Translations under genes and position numbers: made by a program
Notes under the pieces: model-generated
What the model was told of the DNA's origin: nothing
What the model saw: the letters and a program-made list of their open reading frames with translations, nothing else
The model's database searches: none
Source of the DNA: Dendrobates tinctorius
Lineage: Eukaryota
NCBI RefSeq assembly: GCF_039654945.1
Contig: NW_027361798.1
Coordinates: 3,360,079-3,412,000, forward strand
Reading direction: 5' to 3'
Length of the DNA: 51,922 bases
In this document: positions 23,193 through 35,507 of the stretch, one piece after another
How the letters are laid out: each line of letters opens with the position of its first letter
How positions within the stretch are numbered: the stretch's first letter is position 1

Positions 23193-25495
23193 ACCAGAGG
23201 AATTTACTCACTGTTCCAAGCACTAATAGAGGATTATACCCACTATGTCATGAACTAATAGAGCATTATATTCACTGTGCTAGGAGGCACTAATAGAACT
23301 TGGCACAGTGGGTATAATCCTCTGGTATTAGTGCTTGAGACAGTGGGAACAATCTGCTATTAGTGCTTGGCACAGTCGTTATAATCCTCTATTAGTGCTT
23401 GGCACAGTGGGTATAATCCTCTATTAGTGCCTGGCACAATGGGCATAATCCTCTGGTATTAGTGCTTGGCACAGTGGGTATAATCTGCTATTAGAGGATT
23501 ATACCCACTGTGCCAAGTTCTAATAGTGCTTGGCACAGTGGGTAGAATCTGCTATTAGTGCTTGGCACAGTGGGTATAATCTGCTATTAGAGGATTATAC
23601 CCACTGTGCCAAGTTCTAATACCAGAGGATTATGCCCATTGTGCCAGGCACTAATAGAGGATTATACCCACTGTGCCAAGCACTAATAGTACATGGCACA
23701 GTCGTTATAATCCTCTATTAGTGCTTGGCACAATGGGCATAATCCTCTGGTATTAGTGCTTGACACAGTGGGTATAATCTGCTAATACCAGAGGATTATG
23801 CCCATTGTGCCAGACACTAATAGAGGATTATACCCACTGTGCCAAACACTAATAGAGGATTATAACGACTGTGCCATGTACTATTAGTGCTTCACACAGT
23901 GGGTATAATCCTCTATTAGTGCCTGGCACAATGGGCATAATCCTCTGGTATTAGTGCTTGGCACAGTGGGTATAATCTGCTATTAGAACTTGGAACAGTG
24001 GGTATAATCCTCTAATAGCAGATTATACCCACTGTGCCAAGCACTAATACCAGAGGATTATGCCCATTGTGCCAGGCACTAATAGAGGATTATACCCACT
24101 GTGCCAAGTACTAATAGCAAATTATACCCATTGTCTCAAGCACTAATACAGGATTATACACACTGTGCCAAGCACTAATAGAGGATTATGCCCACTGTGC
24201 CATGTACTAATAGTGCTTGAGACAGTGGGAACAATCTGCTAATTCCAGAGGATTATATTCAGTGCCAAGCACTAATAGAGGATTATACCCATTGAGCCAA
24301 GCACTAATAGCAGATTATACCCACTGTGCCAAGTATTAATGGCAGATTATACCCACTGTCTCAAGCACTAATAGAGGATTATACCCATTGAGCCAAGCAC
24401 TAAGAGAAGATTATACCCACTGTGCCAAGTATTAATGGCAGATTATACCCACTGTCTCAAGCACTAATTCTAGAGGATTATATACACTGTGCCAAGCACT
24501 AATAAATCATTATATTCACTATGCCAAGTACTAATAGAGGATTTTAGCCAATGTACCAAGCACTAATAGAGGATTATACCCACTATGCCAAGCACTAATA
24601 GAGGATTATACCCACTGTCTCAAGCACTAATTCCAGAGGATTATATTCACTGTGTCAAGGACTAATACCAGCGGATAATACCCGCTGTGCCAAGCACTAA
24701 TTCAGGGATATATTCACTGTGGCAAGCACTAATAGAGTATTATACCCACTGTGCTAGGAGGCACTAATAAAGGATTATACCCACTGTGCCAAGAACTAAT
24801 AGCAGATTATACCCACTGTCTCAAGCACTGATTCCAGACGATTACATTCACTGTGTCAAGCACTAACAGAGGGATATATCCACTGTGCCAAGCACTAATA
24901 GTGCCTTGCACAGTGGGTATAATCCTCTATTAGAGGATTATGCCCACTGTGCCAAGCACTATTAGTGCTTGGAGGCACAGTGGGTATAATCCCCTATTAG
25001 TGCTTGACACAGTGGGTATAATCCTCTATTAGTGCTTGGAACAGTGAGTAAAATCCTCTGGTATTAGTGCCTTGCACAGTGGGTATAATCCTCTATTAGT
25101 GCTTGGCATAGTGGGTATAATCCTCTAATACCAGAGGATTTTACTCACTATTCCAAGCACTAATAGGGGATTATACCCACTGCCTCAAGCACTAATTCCA
25201 GAGAATTATATTCACTGTGCCAAGGACTAATACCAGCGGATAATACCCGCTGTTCCAAGCACTAATTCAGGGTAATATTCACTGTGCCAAGCACTAATAG
25301 GGTATTATTATTATTCCCACTGTGCCAAGCACTAATAGAGGATTATACCCACTGTGCCAAGCACTAATAGAGGATTATACCCACTGTGCCAAGCACTAAT
25401 AGAGGATTATACCCACTATGCCAAGCACTAATAGGGGATTATACCCACTGTGCCAGGCACTAATAGAGGATTATACCCACTGTGCCAGGCACTCA
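23192..25495. repeat. 32-bp satellite (TGTGCCAAGCACTAATAGAGGATTATACCCAC; 35-bp variants) in mixed orientation
   Basis: Period 32 visible at 25321-25490; reverse-complement blocks interleaved. Confidence 0.95.
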
Positions 25496-25689
25496 TAGCT
25501 CTCCGGTCAGGTGGAGGCGTCTGACTGATGATGATCTCCCAGAGATTGAATTATTTCCAGGCCGGAATCTCACATTGTCAGTAATTTCTCGTTCCTCCAG
25601 CGGCGCTGACAGGACGAGGTTTGCGGAATTTTCTTGTTAGCATAATACAGAGAAGCGGGAAATTCACATCACCAACTGTCCTGTGCTCA

Positions 25690-25810
25690 GCCAATCAGCG
25701 AGAAAGGGGAGGGGCTGAAAATGCCAATTCAGGAAAACAAACATCTCCGGTACGCGTCATCACTGTGCAGTTCTCACTCCGGTCCGCCTAGCCTCCATAT
25801 AAAGGAGGAC
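25690..25810 (+). promoter_or_regulatory. Histone H4 promoter
   Basis: CCAAT boxes, GGTCCG H4-subtype element near 25781, TATAAA near 25798. Confidence 0.7.
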
Positions 25811-25849
25811 TCAGCGCTGACCCTTCACACTCGTCTGAAGATTTCCTGA

Positions 25850-26164
<315 letters not shown>

Positions 26165-26196
26165 TTGTATTCTCGTCTCTGTCCTGACAACCCAAA

Positions 26197-26212
26197 GGCT
26201 CTTCTCAGAGCC
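26197..26212 (+). terminator. Histone 3' stem-loop (H4)
   Basis: AAA GGCTCT TCTC AGAGCC. Confidence 0.95.
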
Positions 26213-27742
26213 GCCCACATCTCACGTGAGAGGCTGCAATTCCCGCTGGGGTCTAGCGGTCGCTGCTGGTGTGATCGCCGGGACCGGCTTGTGACGTTGC
26301 GCATTGGGGGAGACGTTCTCTCTTCTGGAGCTGATCCAGTGAGTAGTCTCAGTGTGAGGTGGGGCACAGATGATCCGGGTGTATGGGGGAATCGATCGGC
26401 CGCACAGTCACCTCCTATGATGCTGCAGTTACTACAGAGCAGAAATCCGAGTGCTGGTAATAAATGTGGTTGTGCCACGTCTCCTGCTGCTGAGATCCTG
26501 TGGGTTGTAGGATGGCTGCGAGGAGTGGAATGCGGCTGCACTGATGAATGGACGCCGGTGTGAACGCTCCTGAGCAGCGGCTCAGGATTGGGGTATCAAC
26601 AGGATACCTACATGCGATGAGAGGGGCTGTCTGTGTTTCTGCGCCACCACATGGGCAGGGAGGGACGGTGCAGGAATACAGGGTCGCTCTGCCTGTGATC
26701 AGGAGAACATCTGCCCACATCACACTTTGCACCAATCACCGGATCTAAATCCCGGAGCAAATTATCATATACAGGAATATACCCACTGTGCCAACTGCTA
26801 TAGCAGGAATTATATCCACTGAGTCACCCACTAGAGACATATATAGAGGATTATACCCACTGCTCTGTCACCAGGTCCCAACTCTACAGTAACGTCATCC
26901 GAGATGTGTGGAAAGGAATCAATGACCCCAACTATGGAACCACAGCTCTGCCCCTAGTGCCGGCGCCTCCAACAGAGACCAGGAGGAGGTCGCTGCTCTC
27001 TATGGAGCTGCCCCGGGCTCAGTGGGTCCCTGTGATCTCGGGACTCGATGTCGCAGCCCGGGCGGCTCTCTTCCTCCGGACACACTGCGGTCCTGGCTGC
27101 GGCCTCCTCTCTCGGTGCTGCCCCTGTCTTCAGCCCCTGGAGCTCGCACCGCTGTTTGCACTTTCTGATCTATTCTGGGGTTGAGCCTTGTAACAGGGTG
27201 TATGGGCGCTATATCCGGACACAGACCCCTCTGTGCACAGTACAGAGCTCGGAGTGCTGCTGTGAGATGAAGGGAAGGTAACGGCGGCGGCCGATCAGGG
27301 GAGCGATCAGCAGCTCCGGGGAGCAGGACTCTGTGCTCTGCGGGTGCAGCTGCCCCAGACCGGACGGCTCACGTCACAGCGATCTCCGCTACTAAGCAGA
27401 GGGGCCGGGAATAATCCGAAGGACAGGAAAGGGATTGAGCGGGAAATTCAAAACCATCAACGGGTCTGTGATCAGCCAATGAGAGAAGTCCGCAGGCGCG
27501 ACCAATCCCAGAGCCAGGTATGGACTCCTCCGGTTAACTCCTTAGTGACCGTGCGCTGCTCAATTCCCCCTTCTGTATGAGGCTGCATGGAAGCAGGAAC
27601 AGAACCGCTGGATCTACCGATAACGGAACCGGCCAGAATAACGGCCCTCAGACAACTGTGGACTAAGCAGCCCAGATATTACCGAACCAGGAGGAAGGAA
27701 GGAGAAATGGCAGGAAGGAGCTCATCTGTGGGAGGATTTGGT

Positions 27743-27758
27743 GGCTCTGAGAAGAGCC
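27743..27758 (-). terminator. Histone 3' stem-loop (H3 copy 1)
   Basis: GGCTCT TCTC AGAGCC ACCA followed by a GATGAGCT downstream element. Confidence 0.95.
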
Positions 27759-27787
27759 TTTGTGTTGTGGTTGGTGCTCGGGAATAT

Positions 27788-28315
<528 letters not shown>

Positions 28316-28617
28316 TTACATTAAATAGAAGCCAATAAAAACCTGATTTGTTTGACCAATTATCGTGAAGCAAACCGCGGCCTCCCGCCCTGTAACCCCG
28401 CCTCCTCCATGATGCGGCTCTCAGCAGATCGCTCTCATCTCCCGCTGTACAGAATAGAGAAATCCGGTGACGTCATCTCCAGCGCAGGAGGAGACCTGGA
28501 GCAGCCGCCACCGCACTGCCATGACCCCGTGTACACAGCGCTGTACAGTGCAGCTCCCCATTATCACCAGATCACACCCATCCTGACACTGCGCCCGGAT
28601 TATCAGCAGCTCATAAA

Positions 28618-31600
28618 CTGCAGAGGAGGCACTGATCATACAGCTCTGCAGTGAGGAGGTGGCACTGATCATACAGCTCTGCAGGGAGGAGGTGGTGGCA
28701 CTGATCATACAGCTCTGCAGGGAGGAGGTGGTGGCACTGATCATACAGCTCTGCAGGGAGGAGGTGGCACTGATCATACAGCTCTGCAGGGAGGAGGTGG
28801 CACTGATCATACAGCTCTGCAGGGAGGAGGTGGCACTGATCATACAGCTCTGCAGTGAGGAGGTGGTACTGATCATACAGCTCTGCAGGGAGGAGGTGGC
28901 ACTGATCATACAGCTCTGCAGGGAGGAGGTGGTGGCACTGATCATACAGCTCTGCAGGGAGGAGGTGGTGGCACTGATCATACAGCTCTGCAGGGAGGAG
29001 GTGGCAGTGATCATACAGCTCTGCAGGGAGGAGGTGGTAGTGATCATACAGCTCTGCAGGGAGGAGGTGGCACTGATCATTCAGCTCTGCAGGGAGGAGG
29101 TGGAGGAACTGATCATACAGCTCTGCAGCAAGGAGATGATGGCACTGATCATACAACTCTGCAGGGAGGAGGTGGTGGCACTTATCATTCAGCTCTGCAG
29201 GGAGGAGGTGGTGGCACTGATCATACAGCTCTGCAGCGAGGAGGTGATGGCACTGATCATACAGCCCTGCAGCAAGGAGATGATGGCACTGATCATATAG
29301 CCCTGCAGCAAGGAGATGATGGCACTGATCATACAGCCCTGCAGCGAGGAGATGATGGCACTGATCATACAGCCCTGCAGCGAGGAGGTGATGGCACTGA
29401 TCATACAGCCCTGCACCGAGGAGGTGGCAGTGATTATACAGCTCTGCAGGGAGGAGGTGGTGGCACTTATCATACAGCTCTGCAGGGAGGAGGTGGTAGT
29501 GATCATACAGCTCTGCAGGGAGGAGGTGGCACTGATCATTCAGCTCTGCAGGGAGGAGGTGGAGGAACTGATCATACAGCTCTGCAGCAAGGATATGATG
29601 GCACTGATCATACAACTCTGCAGGGAGGAGGTGGTGGCACTTATCATTCAGCTCTGCAGGGAGGAGGTGGTGGCACTGATCATACAGCTCTGCAGCGAGG
29701 AGGTGATGGCACTGATCATACAGCCCTGCAGCAAGGAGATGATGGCACTGATCATATAGCCCTGCAGCAAGGAGATGATGGCACTGATCATACAGCCCTG
29801 CAGCAAGGAGATGATGGCACTGATCATACAGCCCTGCAGCGAGGAGGTGATGGCACTGATCATACAGCCCTGCACCGAGGAGGTGGCAGTGATTATACAG
29901 CTCTGCAGGGAGGAGGTGGTGGCACTTATCATACAGCTCTGCAGGGAGGAGGTGGTAGTGATCATACAGCTCTGCAGGGAGGAGGTGGCACTGATCATTC
30001 AGCTCTGCAGGGAGGAGGTGGTGGCACTGATCATACAGCTCTGCAGGGAGGAGGAGGAGGCACTGATCATACAGCTCTGCAGGGAGGAGGTGGTGGCACT
30101 TATCATTCAGCTCTGCAGGGAGGAGGTGGTGGCACTGATCATACAGCTCTGCAGGGAGGAGGTGGTGGCACTTATCATTCAGCTCTGCAGGGAGGAGGAG
30201 GAGGCACTGATCATACAGCCCTGTAGGGAGGAGGTGGAGGCACTGATCATACAGCTCTGCAGGGAGGAGGTGGTGGCACTGATCATACAGCTCTGCAGGG
30301 AGGAGGAGGAGGCACTGATCATACAGCTCTGCAGGGAGGAGGTGGTGGCACTTATCATTCAGCTCTGCAGGGAGGAGGTGGTGGCACTGATCATACAGCT
30401 CTGCAGGGAGGAGGAGGAGGCACTGATCATACAGCCCTGCAGGGAGGAGGTGGAGGCACTGATCATACAGCCCTGCAGCGAGGAGGTGATGGCACTGATC
30501 ATACAGCTCTGCAGCGAGGAGGTGGCAGTGATTATACAGCTCTGCAGGGAGGTGATGGCACTGATCATACAGCTCTGCAGGGAGGAGGTGGTGACACTGA
30601 TCATACAGCTCTGCAGGGAGGAGGTGGTGGCACTGATCATACAGCTCTGCAGGGAGGAGGTGGTGGCACTGATCATACAGCTCTGCAGGGAGGAGGTGGT
30701 GGCACTGATCATACAGCTCTGCAGGGAGGAGGTGGTGGCACTGATCATACAGCTCTGCAGGGAGGAGGAGGAGGCACTGATCATACAGCTCTGCAGGGAG
30801 GAGGTGGTGGCACTTATCATTCAGCTCTGCAGGGAGGAGGTGGTGGCACTGATCATACAGCTCTGCAGGGAGGAGGAGGAGGCACTGATCATACAGCCCT
30901 GTAGGGAGGAGGTGGAGGCACTGATCATACAGCCCTGCAGGGAGGAGGTGGAGGCACTGATCATACAGCCCTGCAGCGAGGAGGTGATGGCACTGATCAT
31001 ACAGCCCTGCAGCGAGGAGGTGATGGCACTGATCATACAGCTCTGCAGCGAGGAGGTGGCAGTGATTATACAGCTCTGCAGGGAGGTGATGGCACTGATC
31101 ATACAGCTCTGCAGCGAGGAGGTGATGGCACTGATCATACAGCCCTGCAGCGAGGAGATGATGGCACTGATCATACAGCCCTGCAGCGAGGAGGTGGAGG
31201 CACTGATCATACAGCCCTGCAGCGAGGAGGTGGAGGCACTGATCATACAGCCCTGCAGCGAGGAGGTGGCAGTGATTATACAGCTCTGCAGGGAGGAGGT
31301 GGTGGCACTTATCATTCAGCTCTGCAGGGAGGAGGTGGTGGCACTGATCATACAGCCCTGCAGGGAGGAGGTGGAGGCACTGATCATACAGCTCTGCAGG
31401 GAGGAGGTGGTGGCACTGATCATACAGCTCTGCAGCGAGGAGGTGATGGCACTGATCATACAGCTCTGCAGGGAGGAGGTGGAGGCACTGATCATACAGC
31501 TCTGCAGGGAGGAGGTGGTGGCACTGATCATACAGCTCTGCAGCGAGGAGGTGATGGCACTGATCATACAGCCCTGCAGCGAGGAGGAGATGACACTGAT

Positions 31601-32122
31601 CATACAGCTCTGCAGCGAGGAGGTGGCAGTGATTATACAGCTCTGCAGGGAGGTGGCACTGATCATACAGCCCTGCAGGGAGGAGGTGGAGGCACTGATC
31701 ATACAGCTCTGCAGCGAGGAGGTGGCAGTGATCATACAGCTCTGCAGGGAGGTGATGGCACTGATCATACAGCTCTGCAGGGAGGAGGTGGTGGCACTGA
31801 TCATACAGCTCTGCAGGGAGGAGGTGATGGCACGGATCATACAGCTCTGCAGGGAGGAGGTGGTGGCTCTGATCATACAGCTCTGCAGGGAGGAGGTGGT
31901 GGCACTGATCATACAGCTCTGCAGGGAGGAGGTGGTGGCAGTGATCATACAGCTCTGCAGCGAGGAGGTGATGGCACTGATCATACAGCCCTGCAGCGAG
32001 GAGGTGGCAGTGATTATACAGCTCTGCAGGGAGGAGGTGGTGGCACTGATCATACAGCTCTGCAGGGAGGAGGTGGTGGCAGTGATCATACAGCTCTGCA
32101 GTGAGGAGGTGGTGGCTCTGAT
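28618..32122 (-). repeat. 33/36-bp tandem array (about 100 units) derived from the H1 3'-processing signal
   Basis: Minus-strand unit ATCAGTGCCACCACCTCCTCCCTGCAGAGCTGTATG is continuous with the H1 stem-loop 3' arm ATCAGAGCC-ACCAC. Confidence 0.95.
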
Positions 32123-32129
32123 AAGAGCC
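32114..32129 (-). terminator. Histone 3' stem-loop (H1)
   Basis: AAA GGCTCT TATC AGAGCC ACCAC followed by AGAGCTGTA. Confidence 0.95.
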
Positions 32130-32158
32130 TTTGTGGGATGAGGACAGGGCGGCTCCGC

Positions 32159-32794
32159 TTATTTCTTGGCCGCGGGCTTCTTGGATTTAGCCACCTTCTT
32201 AGCCGGAGTCCTGGCAGGTTTGGGTTTCGCCGCCTTCTTAGCGGGGCTCTTTGTCACCTTCTTGGGCTTCGGAGCGGCCTTCGGCTTCTTAGGGCTCTTG
32301 GCTGCTTTTTTGGCTGCAGCGGGCTTCTTGGCCTTTTTCGGGCTCTTCTTGGCCGCGGTCGGAGCCTTCTTGGGCTTCTTCGGGGATTTGGCCGCTTTCT
32401 TGGCTGCGGGTTTCTTGGCCGCAGCCGCCGGCTTTTTCTTGTCCTTCGTCTCCTGCTTCTTGTTCAGCTTGAATGACCCGGAGGCGCCGCTGCCCTTCAC
32501 CTGGAGCAGGGCGCCCTTGGTGACCAGACTCCTGACGGCCAGCTTCAGGCGGCTGTTATTCTTCTCCACATCGTACCCTCCGGCAGCCAGAGCCTTCTTC
32601 AGGGCGGCTAGAGACACCCCGCTGCGCTCCTTGGAGGCGGACACGGCTTTGACGATCAGCTCGGACACGCTGGGGCCGGAGGGCTTCTTGCTCTTCTTGG
32701 CGCTCCCTGCAGCGGATTTCTTTGGCTGCTTCTTGGACTTGGCGGCCGGTTCGGCGGGAGGAGGAGGCGCGGCGGCTGGTGCGGTCTCTGCCAT
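32159..32794 (-). CDS. H1: Linker histone H1, somatic replication-dependent type, 211 aa
   Basis: MAETAPAA start; globular domain [34 protein letters not shown]; K/A/P-rich tail with SPKK motifs. Confidence 0.98.
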   Translation of the reverse strand: MAETAPAAAPPPPAEPAAKSKKQPKKSAAGSAKKSKKPSGPSVSELIVKAVSASKERSGVSLAALKKALAAGGYDVEKNNSRLKLAVRSLVTKGALLQVKGSGASGSFKLNKKQETKDKKKPAAAAKKPAAKKAAKSPKKPKKAPTAAKKSPKKAKKPAAAKKAAKSPKKPKAAPKPKKVTKSPAKKAAKPKPARTPAKKVAKSKKPAAKK

Positions 32795-32859
32795 TGTGTA
32801 ACGAAAAACTGACAGAATAATCTCCTGCAAGGAAAACACTGAGGACTGAGCGGGAGCAG

Positions 32860-32955
32860 CCTCATATATACAGTCACACTGCGCACTGATTGGCTGCCGA
32901 GCTGCGTCCTCCTAAGCTTCTATTGGCTGACACTGGACACAGGCCCCGCCCCCTG
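32860..32955 (-). promoter_or_regulatory. Histone H1 promoter
   Basis: TATATA, two CCAAT boxes and a GC box GGGGGCGGGG on the minus strand. Confidence 0.75.
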
Positions 32956-33249
32956 TCTGAGACGGGTGAAGCTCCGCTCTCCCCTTGTGCTTCCTTGCCC
33001 GGGATAAGCGCCCATTACCGGCCAGGACCGGGCAGCAGAGCCGCTGTCTCCGTGTCCTCCTCCTGCCTGACATCTCCCCCACATGTCTATAGAGGTCACT
33101 GGCGGAGGAGGCAGGAAGGAGCCGGGAGGAGCCCCGGGATCTGCCCGTAGTCCTGGAGCTGCTGAGAGGCCAGAAGGACACACAGGCGCCCATCAATCCC
33201 AGTGTGTCCAGATCTCTGTATCCAGCGCCATCGGGAGCATTGCAGAGTG

Positions 33250-33910
33250 ATCAGCGCTATATGGCAGAAGACCGCACTATATGGAGGTCGGGTTTGCTGC
33301 AAGATCCGGAGTGTATTCCGCCTTGTTCGATGCTAACAGCACCATCTGGACGGAGACAGCACTGTATGGGGGTATATGCAGCAGTCTATCCAGGAATAGA
33401 GACTTATGGAGGGCTATTAGCGCTATATGGAGGTATACAGTACTTCTTGAAGGGTATATACCAAAACATGTGTATGGATCGGTAATTGGCTGTATACAGC
33501 ACGGTGTTACAGAAGTATATGGAGATCTCCAGCATTTACAGCCAGATAGGGCGGTATACTGCATGATATTGATTTTACAGCACTATATGGAGGTATGCAG
33601 TCCCGTATGGTGATATATAGCAGTGTATGATGTGTAAACAGCAGTATATACAGCCCTATATGGAGGTGTCAGCACTATGTTGGATTCTTCACTATTCGGG
33701 GCTGTATAGCAGTATAGAGGGCGCTTACGGCACTTTATGGAGATATACATGACTATATGGAGGTAAACGGCATTATAGTGAGGGTATTCAACCTTATCTA
33801 TAGATTAGACAGATTTTTCCGGAATCCTTGCTGCAGTATATGAGTATTCAGCACTAGATGGCAGTATACAGCATATGTGGCCTCTGTAGTGCTGTATACC
33901 GCCCAGTATG
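33250..33910. repeat. Degenerate short repeat spacer (CAGCACTATATGGAGGTAT-like)
   Basis: Motif recurs many times with decay. Confidence 0.6.
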
Positions 33911-34047
33911 GAGTCAGCTGAGGATAAACGGGAATTCCACACTCCCTGGTGCTGCGGCCACTGGAGACAATCGGCGCTGGGATCTCCCAATATGTACGCC
34001 GCCTGGAGTCACTGAGAATACATCCAGTAACACCGACCATGAACCTG

Positions 34048-34118
34048 CACTAATAGAGGATTATACCCACTGTGCCAAGCACTAATACCAGAGGATTTTA
34101 CCCACTGTGCCAACCACT
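34048..34118 (+). repeat. Two units of the 32-bp satellite
   Basis: GCACTAATAGAGGATTATACCCACTGTGCCAA. Confidence 0.9.
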
Positions 34119-35507
34119 AACCCCGGCACAACGCGCATAATGCTTCAGGTAACCAAGCAAGGCTGGGATTATCGGCTCTGTGGTGGGATCGGCGCCCACA
34201 CAGAGGATCCGGCCCGGTGATTGTACAGAGACTAATGTTGAGCATTCCGATACCGCAAGTATCGGGTATCGGCCGATATTCGCGGTATCGTAATTCCGAT
34301 ACTGAGTACAGATACTTTTAGCATATCGAATACCGGAATCGGAAGTTCCCATAATGCTATCAGCCCGCTCGCTTTGATTCAGCCAATGGGAATCCTCAGA
34401 AGTGTGGGCACATCCTGTTAGGCATGTAGGCATGTTAACTATTGGCATGGCTGTGATTGGCTGCTGAAATGATGTCATGATGCACTATAAAAGCCGCTGC
34501 AGCCGCCATTTCTGGTCACTCTGCTGTGAATTCAGTTAGGGACAGGCTGCTGTTGAAGACTGTGAGGGACAGTTAGAGATAGCGATTTGCTATATTGTGC
34601 TTTACCCAGGCTACTTTTGCAATCAGTGTAGCTTTCTTTTGCCTTGCAGCGCTGTTCACAGCTGTATGCAAGGTCTGTGTGAGTGAAGCTCACGGTGTAG
34701 TGTGTTCTGCAGCCACCTCTGGTTGTAGGCCGCTCAGCGTGCGTCACTGCCTCATACTGTACATGTTTTTTTTTTTTATTGCTGCTCATTTTTCCTGATT
34801 TCTCCTATTAGTGTGGATCCATCCGTATCCATCTACATTGGTTGCAAACACTATAGGAGTAGACAGCGGAGCCTTTCTGCAGCCTGTCAGTGCTAGTGCC
34901 CAGTTCTCTGCACTGTTCACGGCTGTCTGTGAGGTCTCTGTGTGAGTGCAGCTCACGTTGTAGTGTGTTCTGCAGCCACCTCTGGTTGTAGTCCGCTCAG
35001 CGTGCGTCACTGCCTCATACATTGTCCTTTCATTGTTTTATTGCAGATCATTTTTCCTGATTTTTTTCTCCTATTAGTGTGCTTCCATCCGTATCCATCT
35101 ACATTGGTTGGTTGCAAACACTATATAGGAGTAGATAGAGGAGCCTTTCTGCTGGCTTGTGCCCTGCAGCCGCAGCCAGATTAGTATTAGCCTATTTTTT
35201 GGAGCCTCATCTTTTGCATTGTAGGTTACCTTCCTGCATTGTAATAGCTCCAAAAAGTTAGAGATACTATCACTTTTTTAAATCTTTGGTCACATTCTTT
35301 TTGTTTTTTTAAAAAAAACAAAACACGTAAATAAAGTTCACCAAACACTCCATTTGACAGTTGTGAAGGCCACATTAGCTCATATTAAAGTGTAGTCCAC
35401 ACACTTCATAAAATTAGTGTTTCTTATACCTGTTAGCAGCTGTTCAGGAATAAGCACACTAAGCCCCCCCTTTGTACTTTTCTGCCTATCTTTATCAGTC
35501 TACCAAG

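Noticed and set aside
23192-25495. CRISPR-like appearance of the 32-bp and 36-bp arrays
   Set aside because: No unique spacers, no cas genes, eukaryotic context.
28421-32141. Long repetitive ORFs (ALIIQLCREEVV, MISATTSSLQSC)
   Set aside because: Unit lengths are multiples of 3, which keeps frames open; the origin is explained by the H1 3' signal; no promoter or unique domain.
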